64,000 nt of DNA from Gemmatimonadales bacterium (GCA_035287045.1 DATECF010000256.1:43125-107124); one strand, 5' to 3'. Shown: positions 45,687 through 55,408, counted from the stretch's first letter. A program made the numbers and translations. The notes: generated by a model from the letters alone, not told the origin.

Positions 45687-46438
45687 GACGTGCCTACGCG
45701 CCCTTTGAGTCGCCAATGGAGGGTGCGGGCCACCGTGCCCCAGAGCGGCGCCATCGCCGCGATCAGCGGCGGCAGCGGGTCGGTTCCGTTCGTCTCGCGG
45801 TAGCGCCGGACGGCCGACCAGGTGTCGAGGTAGCCGGCAAACTGGTCGAGCGTGAGGTCCCGCTCCATGGTGCACGGTGGAAACGGGAGTGCCTGAAACG
45901 GGAACGGCAGGTCCTGATACCCGGCCCGCACGTGCCGCCGCTCCGGCGCCCAGTGCGGGCCGACGGTGTCCTGGGCAAACCGGTCAACCAGCGCGTCGAT
46001 AGCCGGTGTCACCCGGGCCAGGTCGTAGCACCACACCGCGATCGCCGCCCCGGGACGGAGCACCCGGCGAACCTCCGCGAAGAACGGCTCGACGTCGAAC
46101 CAGTGCAGCGCCTGCGCCACCGTCACCAGGTCCACCGAGGCGGCCGCCAGGCCGCTTCGCGTTTCCAGGCTGCGCGCGTAGACCACGCGGGGGTGATGCT
46201 CCGCGTGGGCCAGTTGTTGGGGGCTCGCGTCGGTCGCGACCACGCGACGGAAGTGCGCCGCCAGGCGCACCGCCGCCTGCCCATTTCCCGTGCCGCAGTC
46301 CCAGGCGAGTCCCCGCCCGGGCGTCAGGTGGGCCAGGGCCTCGAACAGGGCGGCGGGGTACCGCGGCCGGAAGCGCGCGTACTCCGCCGCGCGCTCGGAG
46401 AAGTAGTCCTTGAACCCGGCGCCGCCCGGCGGCGTCAT
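45671..46438 (-). CDS. class I SAM-dependent methyltransferase (type 11)
   Basis: ATG 46438. Motifs: YARFRPRYP and the LAWDCGTGNGQAA motif I. Confidence 0.8.
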   Translation of the reverse strand: MTPPGGAGFKDYFSERAAEYARFRPRYPAALFEALAHLTPGRGLAWDCGTGNGQAAVRLAAHFRRVVATDASPQQLAHAEHHPRVVYARSLETRSGLAAASVDLVTVAQALHWFDVEPFFAEVRRVLRPGAAIAVWCYDLARVTPAIDALVDRFAQDTVGPHWAPERRHVRAGYQDLPFPFQALPFPPCTMERDLTLDQFAGYLDTWSAVRRYRETNGTDPLPPLIAAMAPLWGTVARTLHWRLKGRVGTSGRDV

Positions 46439-46487
46439 GGCAGTGGAATAACGCCCCCGAAACGCACGGAACGCCGCCTCGCAATGG

Positions 46488-47105
46488 CTAGGGCAATGAC
46501 GGCGACCGGAGCGGCACGCGCACTGACACCGCTCCGCGAAGGTCGCCCACGGCGTACCCCGTCGCACGATCCTCCGGATAGCGCCGGGCCAACGCGGCCC
46601 GAACCTCGGGGTCGAACTCCGCGGGATCGCCGTGACACGGTAGGCAACGTCCATCCACCAGCAGGGGCCGGATATACTGCAGCTCGGCTGTGCCGTCCGG
46701 GGCCCGGATCACCTGCACCAGCTCCCGTGGCAGCCGCTTCTGTCGCCGCGCCTCCGCCAGGTCCTCCAGCAACCGGCGCTCGATGGCGTCGGGCGTGTCG
46801 TCCACGTTGCGTACCCGGCGGCTGACGCGGCGGATGTACACGCCGTTCTTCCAGTGCCGCAGGGTGCGCACCTGCGCCGAGTCGGCACAGATGTGAATGG
46901 CCAGAGCGGGGCCGCCCTGCTCGAGCGTGGCCGCCAACAGACCCATCAACTCTTCGTCCAGTGAGTCCGCAACGGCCCGCGCGAGCTGCACCGTCGCGGA
47001 ATCCACCGCAGGCACTTGCACCAGGACGCGGGGATCCTGGCGGCACGCCGCCGCCACGACCATCACACCCACCCACGGCACCCAGGACGCCATCATGGTG
47101 TCCAA
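46488..47105 (-). CDS. DUF3365 / Tll0287-like c-type heme protein (probable lipoprotein)
   Basis: Lipobox-like VVAAAC. The CLPCH heme-binding site is followed by YPEDRATGYAVGDLRGAVSV, typical of DUF3365. Confidence 0.7.
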   Translation of the reverse strand: MDTMMASWVPWVGVMVVAAACRQDPRVLVQVPAVDSATVQLARAVADSLDEELMGLLAATLEQGGPALAIHICADSAQVRTLRHWKNGVYIRRVSRRVRNVDDTPDAIERRLLEDLAEARRQKRLPRELVQVIRAPDGTAELQYIRPLLVDGRCLPCHGDPAEFDPEVRAALARRYPEDRATGYAVGDLRGAVSVRVPLRSPSLP

Positions 47106-47153
47106 CGTAGGCCGGCGTTCTTTGAAGGACCGCTACGGCAACCATGAAGCCGT

Positions 47154-47660
47154 CTATAGGCAGCGCCACGACGCGGCGGCGGCGGCGTATCCCACGCGGG
47201 GAAGCACCTGTTGCGCGACCAGCACGAACCCCCAGAAGATGGCCAGCAACGATGCGACATGGGCCGCACCCATGCGCAGCTTCCAGGACGACACGCTGCC
47301 CCACCCCGCGGCGACGATGATGACCGCCACGGCGGCCAGGTACAGATAGAGGCTGAACCCGCAGCCGTGGGCGTAGGGCCATTGCGACATGACCGCGCTG
47401 GCCAGCACGGCGAGGCCGACCTTGAGCCACACGGCCATCTTGTCCCGAACCGTGGGCTCACGGGGGATGGCGGCTCCCGCCGGTGCGGTGACCACGCCCG
47501 GTCTGATCGGTACCGCGGAGGGAGGCGGGGACCCGGGCGACCGGGATGGCCCGGATCCGCGGAGCGAGGGATCCGCCCCGGGTAACTGCTTGAGCAGCCG
47601 GTTCACCTCGGCCGACATGCCGTCCAGGGGATCGTCGGCGGGGGATGGGGGCTTCGCCAT
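47154..47660 (-). CDS. hypothetical membrane protein
   Basis: 168 aa with a Pro/Ser-rich N-terminal half and three C-terminal TM helices. No family recognised. Confidence 0.5.
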   Translation of the reverse strand: MAKPPSPADDPLDGMSAEVNRLLKQLPGADPSLRGSGPSRSPGSPPPSAVPIRPGVVTAPAGAAIPREPTVRDKMAVWLKVGLAVLASAVMSQWPYAHGCGFSLYLYLAAVAVIIVAAGWGSVSSWKLRMGAAHVASLLAIFWGFVLVAQQVLPRVGYAAAAASWRCL

Positions 47661-47683
47661 GGTGCCAAGACCTCCTATTCGCT

Positions 47684-49969
47684 CTACCTGACCATCTCTT
47701 CAAAGAGTTTGAAAATCCGGCGGTATTCGTCGGTCCAGCTGTCGTTCCGCCGGAATCCGTGCGGCTCCACCGGATACATGGCCACTTCCCAGTCCTCCTT
47801 GCCCAGCTCGATCAGCCGCTGCACCAGGCGGGCCGTGTCCTGGAAGTGCACGTTGTCGTCCACCATGCCGTGACAGATGAGCAGCCGCCCCGCGAGGTGC
47901 TCCGCGAAGTAGATGGGCGACGACCGCTTGTAGGCCAGCGTATCTCCCTGGGGCAGGTTGAGGATCCGGCCGGTGTAGCCGTGATTGTAATGGGCCCAGT
48001 CCGTCACCGGGCGCAGCGCGGCGCCCGCCGCGAACACGCCCGGCTGGGTGAACATCGCCATCAGCGTGATGAACCCGCCGTAGCTCCCGCCGTAGATGCC
48101 GATCTTGCTCGAGTCCACGCCCATGGTCCGCACCAGCCAGCGCGCCCCGTCCACCTGGTCGTCCAGGTCCTTGCCGCCCATGTGCCGGTAGATCGCGGTG
48201 CGCCAGTCGCGGCCCTGCCCCGCGCTCCCGCGATAATCCAGGTCCAGCACGGTGAAGCCCCTGGAGGCCAGCAGATGATGGAACATGTACTCTCGGTAGT
48301 AGCTGGACCACCACTTGTGCACGTTCTGGAGATAGCCCGCGCCGTGCACGAAGATCACCGCCGCGCGATTCGACGGTACGCCCATGGGCCGGTAGAGCCG
48401 GGCGGGCACTTGGGCCCCGTCCCGCGCCGGGACCATGACGATCTCCGGCGTGATCCAGGGGAAGTTGCGCCATTCCGCCGTGGTGCTTCTGGTGACCCGG
48501 CGCATCTCGGCGCCGGCGCGGTTGGGCTGGAAATACAGCTCGGGCGGGTGGTTCGCCGTGCTGTGCCGCAGGGCCAGCGTCCGGCCGTCCGGCGAGATGA
48601 CGACGTCCTGGCGTCCCTCGGCGACGGTGAGCTGCGTCTTCCGACCGGTGGCGACGTCAATGGCGTAGAAGTGGACCTGGCCGAAGTCGCCCTCATTCGT
48701 GTGCAGGTAGAACGTCTTGCGGTCCGGCGACAGCTCAACGTCGTGCACCTCCCATTGGCCGCTGGTGAGCGCGCGGGGCGTGCCGCCGGCAGCCGGGACG
48801 GTGTAGAGGTGGGCGTAGCCGGTCTCTTCGCTGCCGAAGTAGACGGTCTCGTCGTCCAGCCAGCCGGTCCAACTTCCCAGCCCGAGGAACCCGGTGCCCA
48901 GCCACGCGTCGTCGTGCCGGTGCACCACGGCGCGGGTCTCCAGCGAGGGCAGGTCCACGACCACCAGCCAGTCATCCTTGAAGTCGTCCGTCCCGATCCA
49001 CACGAGAGCGTGGCGCGCGTTGGGCGAAAACCCGATGGGCCGGGCGTCGTGCGGCGCGGTCGTGACCGTGGCCAGCGAGTCCACCCACGACACCTTCCCG
49101 GTCGCCAGCTCGATGATCGCCGCGCGCTGATCGCCCGGCTCATCCCCCACCTTGGTCCGGATCTGCCGGGTTTCCACGTATCCCGACTCGGTGACCCAGA
49201 CCGGCATCTGGACTCGCCGCCCGTCCACCGTGTCGCCGCGCGCCTGTTCGCTCACCTGCACCAGGGCGAACTTCCCATCCGGGGACACCCGAATGCCGCT
49301 CGCACTTTCGCGATCGCCCAGGTACATCGGCCGGGCCGCGGTGGTGTCGGTGTCGGCGCGGAACGCCTGCTCCGCCACCAGGCGCCGGATGAAATCGAAC
49401 AACTCGCGCTGCTGGTCTTTCAGGAAGTCCTTCTGTCCCGTGGGCTCGGCGGCCTTCCTCGGCGCCGGGCCGCGGCGAATGTCGGTGCGCTGCACCAGCC
49501 GTCCGTCCCCCAGATCCAGCGACCAGGCGTTGTTGTCGCGGGTGAAGTACACGCTCCGCCCGTCGGCCGACCACGAGGGGTTCGACTCCCCGCCCTGCGT
49601 CTGGGTGAGCCGCCGCTTCGCGCCGGCGCGGTCCACGATCCACAGGTCCCCCTTGAGGACCACGATCTGGTTGCGGAGATCGGGCGACCAGACGCCGGTC
49701 ATCGGCAGCGTGTCCACCGTGAGGCGGGGCAGCCGCTCCGGGTCGCCGCCGGCCACCGGCACCCGGTAGTCCTGATCCAGCGTATCTACGCCGGGGCTCC
49801 GCCACCGGAAGTAAACGTACCGGCCGTCCGCCGAGAACCGCACGTTGGACGGAGATGTCCCAACCAGGTCCGGGCCCCGCATGATGCTCGGGACGGTGAG
49901 CTGGAACTCCTGGGCGGACGCGGCCGCCGGCGGCAGCGCGAGCGGCAGGAAGCAGATCCAACGACGCAT
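47684..49969 (-). CDS. S9 family serine peptidase (DPP-IV/prolyl oligopeptidase-like, N-terminal beta-propeller)
   Basis: Signal peptide, propeller repeats, the nucleophile elbow GGSYGG, and a C-terminal D...H region (HGMVDDNVHF...EPHGF). Confidence 0.9.
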   Translation of the reverse strand: MRRWICFLPLALPPAAASAQEFQLTVPSIMRGPDLVGTSPSNVRFSADGRYVYFRWRSPGVDTLDQDYRVPVAGGDPERLPRLTVDTLPMTGVWSPDLRNQIVVLKGDLWIVDRAGAKRRLTQTQGGESNPSWSADGRSVYFTRDNNAWSLDLGDGRLVQRTDIRRGPAPRKAAEPTGQKDFLKDQQRELFDFIRRLVAEQAFRADTDTTAARPMYLGDRESASGIRVSPDGKFALVQVSEQARGDTVDGRRVQMPVWVTESGYVETRQIRTKVGDEPGDQRAAIIELATGKVSWVDSLATVTTAPHDARPIGFSPNARHALVWIGTDDFKDDWLVVVDLPSLETRAVVHRHDDAWLGTGFLGLGSWTGWLDDETVYFGSEETGYAHLYTVPAAGGTPRALTSGQWEVHDVELSPDRKTFYLHTNEGDFGQVHFYAIDVATGRKTQLTVAEGRQDVVISPDGRTLALRHSTANHPPELYFQPNRAGAEMRRVTRSTTAEWRNFPWITPEIVMVPARDGAQVPARLYRPMGVPSNRAAVIFVHGAGYLQNVHKWWSSYYREYMFHHLLASRGFTVLDLDYRGSAGQGRDWRTAIYRHMGGKDLDDQVDGARWLVRTMGVDSSKIGIYGGSYGGFITLMAMFTQPGVFAAGAALRPVTDWAHYNHGYTGRILNLPQGDTLAYKRSSPIYFAEHLAGRLLICHGMVDDNVHFQDTARLVQRLIELGKEDWEVAMYPVEPHGFRRNDSWTDEYRRIFKLFEEMVR

Positions 49970-50042
49970 GACGTACGCCTCTCTGGTTCAGTAGGCTGAC
50001 AGATGTGGGACCGGGCGTCGGCCCACTCGCATGGGTGATACC

Positions 50043-50682
50043 TCAGAGTCGCAAGAGCCGAAACGCGTGGGTCCAGGCGGTTCTCCAGAAAGCCGGGAAT
50101 GCACCACAGCTGGCAAAGGGGCTCGATCGCGCGGGCCGCGGTCGCCTTCCCCATGTCCGCCGGCTCCCAGTCGAACTGCTCGATGATCCGGGCCACGGTC
50201 CGTTTCGCCTCCGCGTCGTTGCCGCAGTAGAACATGGTCGGTTTGCCGCCCGGAAACGACGGGCCCACCATGAACGCGTTGCCCACGCTGCTGAACGCCT
50301 TGACGAAACGGGCGTCGGGAAACGCCTTCTGCAATCGCTCCATCAACGAGTCGTTCGGCCCGGTGAAGAAACGGATCACGCCGTCCTCGGGCGGTTCGTC
50401 GCTGATGGGGTTGGTGGTGTCCATCACGACTTTGCCCGTCAGGTGCTTCCCCCCCGCCCGCTTCAGCGCCTCCTCGGCTCCGCGCCCCTGGACCGCCAGC
50501 ACCAGGGCCTCGGCCTACGCCGCCACGTCGGCGAACGTGCCGCTCGGAATGCCGCTCGCGGACGAGAACTCCGCCAGCTTCTTGGGTGTCCGACTGCCGA
50601 TGCGCACCTCGTAGCCGTGCTTCTGCAATCCCTTCGCGAGTACCTGGCCGACGGGCCCCGAGCCCAGGACTCCAAACTTCAT
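50043..50682 (-). pseudogene. NADPH-dependent F420 reductase-like / NAD(P)-binding oxidoreductase gene, disrupted
   Basis: ATG 50682 gives MKFGVLGSGPVGQV... (Rossmann fold), then an in-frame TAG at 50517-50515 (FADVAA*AEALVLAVQG). After ...CIPGFLEN at about 50079 the conserved end AWTHAFRLLRL* is in another frame and stops at 50045-50043. Confidence 0.65.
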
Positions 50683-50747
50683 GCAAGCCTCCGTTCAGAA
50701 TGTCACCGCGGAGCACGCAGCGTCCGCGTTCTCCGCGGTAAGATCCC

Positions 50748-52838
50748 CTATTGCAGCGCTTTGGCCGGGGTCGTTCCGGTCCCGATCCAGTGCGCGAACC
50801 AGGTGCGAATCCGCTCCAGCCGGTCCACCAGCAGCCACGGCGGCCCGGTGCGCGAGAGCCCGTGCGAGCTTCTGGGATAGCGCACGAATTCCACCGGCAC
50901 GCCGCGCTTCTTGAGCGCCATGAACAGCTGCTCCGCGTCCGTGATGGGCACCCGGTAGTCTTCCTCGCTGTGCACGATCAGGAGCGGAGTCTTCATGTTC
51001 GTGACGTAGGTGAACGGCGACAGCGCCCGGTACAGCGAGTCCTGCTCCCAGGGGAAGCCGCCGAACTCGTACTCCGTGAGCCCCTGCGCCTCCGACGAGC
51101 CGTACCACGAGAACCAGTTGGCGATGGAGCGATCGGTCTGGGCCACGGCAAAGCGATTAGTGTGGCCGATGATCCAGTTGGTCATGAAGCCGCCGTACGA
51201 TCCGCCCAGCACCGCCATCCGGGTGGTGTCCACCTGCCCGGTGCGGCGGATCACCTCGTCCACCGCCTTCATCAGGTCCTGGTAATCCTCCATGCCCCAG
51301 CGCATGCGCGTGGCGTAGGTGAACTCGTGCCCGTAGCCGGTGGACCCGCGGGGATTGGTGAACAGCGTCCAGTACCCCTGGCCCGCCAGCATCTGGAATT
51401 CGTGGAAATAGACATTGCCGTACTGGCCGTGCGGGCCGCCGTGGATATAGAGAACCAGCGGGTATTGCTTCCCCGCTTCATAGCCGTAAGGCTTGTGCAA
51501 CCAGCCCTGGATCTTCAAGCCGCCCACGCTCTCGTACCACAGCGTGTCCGCCGGGATCGCGGTCACCTCGGCCAGGTACGGGTCGCTGAAGCCGGTGAGC
51601 CGCTTCTCACCGCTGCCGTTGCTCTGGGCCACGAACAACTCGCTGGGGTGGGTGATGTCGGTGGCCGTGTACGCCATCATCCGGCCGTCCGCGCTCATCG
51701 AGAAGCCGCCCAGCTGCCGCGGGCCCTGCGTCACCTGCGCCACCGCCCCGCCGCGGGCCGGCACCCGGAACCAGTGCACGTTGCCGTGCATCTCGGCCTG
51801 AAAGGCGATGCTGGCGCCGTCGGGAGACCACCGGGGCGCGCCCGGGTCCAGATCCCAGTTCGGCGTCAGGTTCCGCTGCTCGCCCCCGCCGGCGGGGATG
51901 AGACAGACATCGTCCGGCTGTCCTCGGCCGGTCGAGCAATTGAACGCGATCGTGCGGCCATCCGGCGAAAACGCCGGGCTGTTGTGGTACCCGGGCGTCG
52001 TCGTGAGCCGGCGCAGCGTCCCGGTCGCCACCTCCACCAGGTAGATGTCCGGGTGCTGGTCGAGCCGTCGCTCGTCGCCGTCGGTCGAGTCCTGCACCAA
52101 CGCGATCAACCGCCCATCCGGCGACCAGGTGATGCTCCGCTGCGAGAGCCGGCCGTGGGTGAGCTGCCGGGGCTCCCCACCGCCCGCGGGCACCACGTAG
52201 AGGTGTTGCCGCGGCTCGCTGGCGACGTCGCGCAGGAAGCCGCGTCCGTCGGCCATATAAGGAATGTGGGTGATCACCCGGCCGTCGAACCGCTGGGGAT
52301 CGGGACCCCGAGAGATGGCATCCGGCGCCATCCACCCACGGCGCGGGTTCCGCCGCACGCTGTCCGGCACCTCGCCCTCCCAGGTGTACGCGATCCACTT
52401 CCCGTCTTTGGACCACTCCGGCATGCCGTGCACGCCGCGCATGCGGAACGCTTCACCACCCATCGCCCCGGTGCGGAGGAACCACACGCCGGCCTCGTCC
52501 TCCACGCCGGCGCTGTCCCGCCGGCTGCTGAACGCCAGGAGCGAGCCATCGGGCGACCAAACGGGGCTCGATCCCTCCGTCGAGAGGCTGGTGAACCGGT
52601 AGGGCGGCGCCGAGCCGTCGGTGGGCGCGAACCAGACCTCGCGGTGGCGGCGATCCTTGTCCTCCACCACCGTGGTCACGGTGAATGCGACCGCCGCTCC
52701 GGAAGGCGACATGGCGGGCTCGGACACCGAGATCAGGCGGTAGTAGTCGGCGGAGGAAATGGGGCGTTGTTGGGCCGCGAGGGGTGCGGCCGCCAGGGCC
52801 GCGTACAGGCCGGCGCGGGCGATGGTCCAAGTCGCCAT
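50748..52838 (-). CDS. S9 family serine peptidase (acylaminoacyl-peptidase-like, TolB-type propeller)
   Basis: Signal peptide, WSPDG-type propeller repeats, nucleophile GGSYGG, and a C-terminal EDYRVP...SSHGL. Confidence 0.9.
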   Translation of the reverse strand: MATWTIARAGLYAALAAAPLAAQQRPISSADYYRLISVSEPAMSPSGAAVAFTVTTVVEDKDRRHREVWFAPTDGSAPPYRFTSLSTEGSSPVWSPDGSLLAFSSRRDSAGVEDEAGVWFLRTGAMGGEAFRMRGVHGMPEWSKDGKWIAYTWEGEVPDSVRRNPRRGWMAPDAISRGPDPQRFDGRVITHIPYMADGRGFLRDVASEPRQHLYVVPAGGGEPRQLTHGRLSQRSITWSPDGRLIALVQDSTDGDERRLDQHPDIYLVEVATGTLRRLTTTPGYHNSPAFSPDGRTIAFNCSTGRGQPDDVCLIPAGGGEQRNLTPNWDLDPGAPRWSPDGASIAFQAEMHGNVHWFRVPARGGAVAQVTQGPRQLGGFSMSADGRMMAYTATDITHPSELFVAQSNGSGEKRLTGFSDPYLAEVTAIPADTLWYESVGGLKIQGWLHKPYGYEAGKQYPLVLYIHGGPHGQYGNVYFHEFQMLAGQGYWTLFTNPRGSTGYGHEFTYATRMRWGMEDYQDLMKAVDEVIRRTGQVDTTRMAVLGGSYGGFMTNWIIGHTNRFAVAQTDRSIANWFSWYGSSEAQGLTEYEFGGFPWEQDSLYRALSPFTYVTNMKTPLLIVHSEEDYRVPITDAEQLFMALKKRGVPVEFVRYPRSSHGLSRTGPPWLLVDRLERIRTWFAHWIGTGTTPAKALQ

Positions 52839-52867
52839 GACGGGTCTCCAGGTGGAAGGGAGACGAA

Positions 52868-52893
52868 GGCGGCCGGAATCGGACCCGGCCGCC
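52868..52893 (-). terminator. GC-rich hairpin downstream of the LamG gene
   Basis: GGCGGCCGG (52868-76) and CCGGCCGCC (52885-93) form a 9-bp perfect stem with an 8-nt loop. On the minus strand it is followed by TTCGTCTCCCTTCC. Confidence 0.4.
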
Positions 52894-52964
52894 TGGGGAT
52901 CTGAGGCTGGTACGTTAGGGGCCCCGCCCTGGAGTGGCTAGGGCCACGGTCGTCGCCCTCCTCG

Positions 52965-54197
52965 TTAGTGCATCCCACCCCGCTCCGGGGAGGCGACGTT
53001 CGCGCTCCCCTCATCGTCTCCGATTCGGAGCGTGACGACCAGCGGATTCGCCGCGTTGACCACGCCCAGGTCCACCTCACTGACGCGCACCCGGAAGATC
53101 CCGTTGTCGCGAATGACGACCTGCTTGATCCCCGGAGCCGTGGTCTGGAACTGGAACCCGTCATTCTCGTCGGTGCGGACGAAGGCGCTCCCCGGCATCG
53201 TCCACGTCAGTCCGCCGAGCGTGACGGCGACCTGCTCACCAGGCAGGGCGATCCCGTCGCTCGACGGGCCGAGCGCGAACTGGCCCCAGAGGTCGATCTG
53301 ATCCCGGGTCGCGCCCCGGCTTTGCCCGATGCGCGCGCGGGTGATCTGGAGACTCGCGAACGCGACGACCGTGCACTTCCCGGCGCTGCCGGCGCCATAG
53401 ATATCGGCGATCTCGTCATCCGACAATGCGCGGCCGTAGATGGCGACCTCGTCCAGCAGGCCCACGAACGGGTCAGCCCGGGAAGACGTCGCGGCGCCGA
53501 TGGTCAGCGGCGCGTCGTTCAAGGTCCGGACCAGGCTGCCGGGGAGCGTCATGGACTTGATGATTTCTCCATCCACGTACATCCGCACCTCGACCCCGCC
53601 CGTCGTCTGCCGGTAGGTCCCGGCGAAGTGATGGAACGAGCTGGCGGACGGCGGGGGGAGCATGCGGATGGTCTCGAACCGCGACCGCACCTGCTGCCAG
53701 TCGTCGCCGCCCACCACGTTGGGGTCGTTGTAGTACAGGCCGAGTCCCAAAAACGTCTGATGCAGGGTCACGCCGTAGTTGGTGACCAGGTTTGCCGCGC
53801 GTTTCGCGACCATGCCGCGGTTCGTCGGCGCGGTGGTGTAGTTGAACCAGAGCTCCAGGGTGAATGCGTCAACCAGGTCCAGCGTTTCGTGGTCCGGCAC
53901 CAACACGAAGCCGTCACCGTTCAACTGAAACGCCTGCCCCACCACCCCGGGGGCGAAACCGACGTTGCCCTGGAGGGTTCCGGGGTTGGTCTGCGTGTAG
54001 TCCAGAGCATCCCCGTCCCCACGCCACCAGCTTACCAGACCATCGGGCATGCGAGCGCAGGCCGCTGCCGCACCGGGCCCGCGCACCCGCCAGACCGGGG
54101 AGGGCGGGACCGGGTGATGCAAGAGCCCGCGGTCCATGGGGACCGTGAAAGGTGTCAGGGCAATGCCAACCGCCCACAGCGCCGGACGGGTCAACAC
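52965..54197 (-). CDS. LamG/concanavalin-A-like domain secreted protein
   Basis: GTG start preceded by AGGAGG, and a signal peptide. LamG signatures: AFTLELWFNY and LLDEVAIYGRALSDDEIADIY. Confidence 0.8.
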   Translation of the reverse strand: MLTRPALWAVGIALTPFTVPMDRGLLHHPVPPSPVWRVRGPGAAAACARMPDGLVSWWRGDGDALDYTQTNPGTLQGNVGFAPGVVGQAFQLNGDGFVLVPDHETLDLVDAFTLELWFNYTTAPTNRGMVAKRAANLVTNYGVTLHQTFLGLGLYYNDPNVVGGDDWQQVRSRFETIRMLPPPSASSFHHFAGTYRQTTGGVEVRMYVDGEIIKSMTLPGSLVRTLNDAPLTIGAATSSRADPFVGLLDEVAIYGRALSDDEIADIYGAGSAGKCTVVAFASLQITRARIGQSRGATRDQIDLWGQFALGPSSDGIALPGEQVAVTLGGLTWTMPGSAFVRTDENDGFQFQTTAPGIKQVVIRDNGIFRVRVSEVDLGVVNAANPLVVTLRIGDDEGSANVASPERGGMH

Positions 54198-54348
54198 AAG
54201 CCACCTCCTGTTGGGTGTATGAGCGCAACGAACAGGCTCGCCAGATAGAGGGTCTGGGCGGTATGACGTAGATCACACTCGCCGGCCGTCGGTGTAACCG
54301 GCTATGGTGGTTCGACTTACGGCCTCTGGGCCGGGCCGGTTGCGCTAA

Positions 54349-54681
54349 CTATCGGCGCCGTCGCTTCTTGCGAGCGGGCGCCGCCTCGGGCGCGAACTGG
54401 ACATTGATCGCCGCCAGGTGCTGCTCGAACCACGCCGTCAGCCGGCCCAGGAATTTCTCAGAGAGGTAAAAGACGTCTCGGGGCGCCTTGGGATGGAGGT
54501 GGGCCACCAGGACGCCGTCGGCGCCGCGAACGTCGATGTATCCCTTGGAGTTCAGGTGGCGCAGGCGGGTCCTGGCCTTGTTCCCCCAGTACCAGGTGGT
54601 TGCTTCGTGGAGCACTTTGGCTCGCAAGAGCCGGTAGATGTCGACCTTCGCGTCCCGGGGCACGACCTGCATGACGATCAT
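54349..54681 (-). CDS. hypothetical protein with poly-basic C-terminus
   Basis: 110 aa from ATG 54681, ending PARKKRRRR. No family recognised. Confidence 0.45.
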   Translation of the reverse strand: MIVMQVVPRDAKVDIYRLLRAKVLHEATTWYWGNKARTRLRHLNSKGYIDVRGADGVLVAHLHPKAPRDVFYLSEKFLGRLTAWFEQHLAAINVQFAPEAAPARKKRRRR

Positions 54682-54754
54682 GTGACCCTCCCACCTGCAT
54701 AAGGTTGGGGGTGGCGCCGGGCACCGCGTCAGCCACGCGGCGCCCGGCACGAGG

Positions 54755-55291
54755 CTACATCCCGCCCTGGCTCGACGGCGGGACCACGCCCTTCGTGCGC
54801 AAGTACGTCACCAGGTTCCCGTAGTGCTCGCTGTCGTGCGCGACGTTGAAGATGAGCACCCACAAGCGGCTGCCCTTGCTCCCGAAGAAGGTGACCTCCT
54901 CCATGGCTTTCATCTCCTCCATGCGATAGGCCGGGTCGCAGTATGCGAAGGAGTCCTTGAGGGCCTGCACCATTGCCGCTTTGCTGGTGGTCTTCTCGAA
55001 GTCGGCCTTGTTGGGATTCTCCTCTCCCTTGGCCGCAGCGCAGAAGAGGTAGTTCTCGTTGGCGACGTGGCCCAGAATCTCCCCGTAGGATCTGACCTCG
55101 GGGACCGGCTTGAAGCCGTAATGCTCCTCCGGCATCAGCTCGGCGGCACGCTCGTAAAGATCCTTGAGCCGGTCGTACGGCCGTTGTACCGCGGCGATGC
55201 CGCTCATCGAGCCGTGGCCGTGGGCCGGTTGCTGGGCCACGGCGGCGCACGGCAGGGCGGCGGTCAACCAGATCAACGCACGGGTGTTCAT
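54755..55291 (-). CDS. DinB family protein, secreted
   Basis: Signal peptide. GEILGHVANENY and VAHDSEHYGNL are His-containing DinB helices. Confidence 0.8.
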   Translation of the reverse strand: MNTRALIWLTAALPCAAVAQQPAHGHGSMSGIAAVQRPYDRLKDLYERAAELMPEEHYGFKPVPEVRSYGEILGHVANENYLFCAAAKGEENPNKADFEKTTSKAAMVQALKDSFAYCDPAYRMEEMKAMEEVTFFGSKGSRLWVLIFNVAHDSEHYGNLVTYLRTKGVVPPSSQGGM

Positions 55292-55408
55292 GCGGTCACC
55301 TTGGAAGGGGTTGGGAACAGCATGCCCAGGGAGCGGCCCTGAATCAAGTGGGGGACGCCGTTCGGGGCCCGACCAGCGCCTCGAACCCCGCGGTGTAGAT
55401 TAGCCCCG

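Noticed and set aside
50515-50517. In-frame TAG as programmed read-through or pyrrolysine
   Set aside because: There are no pyl genes or PYLIS-like context in the window. A second lesion (the frameshift near 50079) in the same gene favours decay or sequencing error.
55292-55408. Weak GG-N10-GC match (GGGTTGGGAACAGCA) in the DinB/kinase divergent region as a sigma-54 promoter
   Set aside because: It matches only the invariant dinucleotides. The flanking consensus positions mismatch, so it is likely chance in GC-rich DNA.
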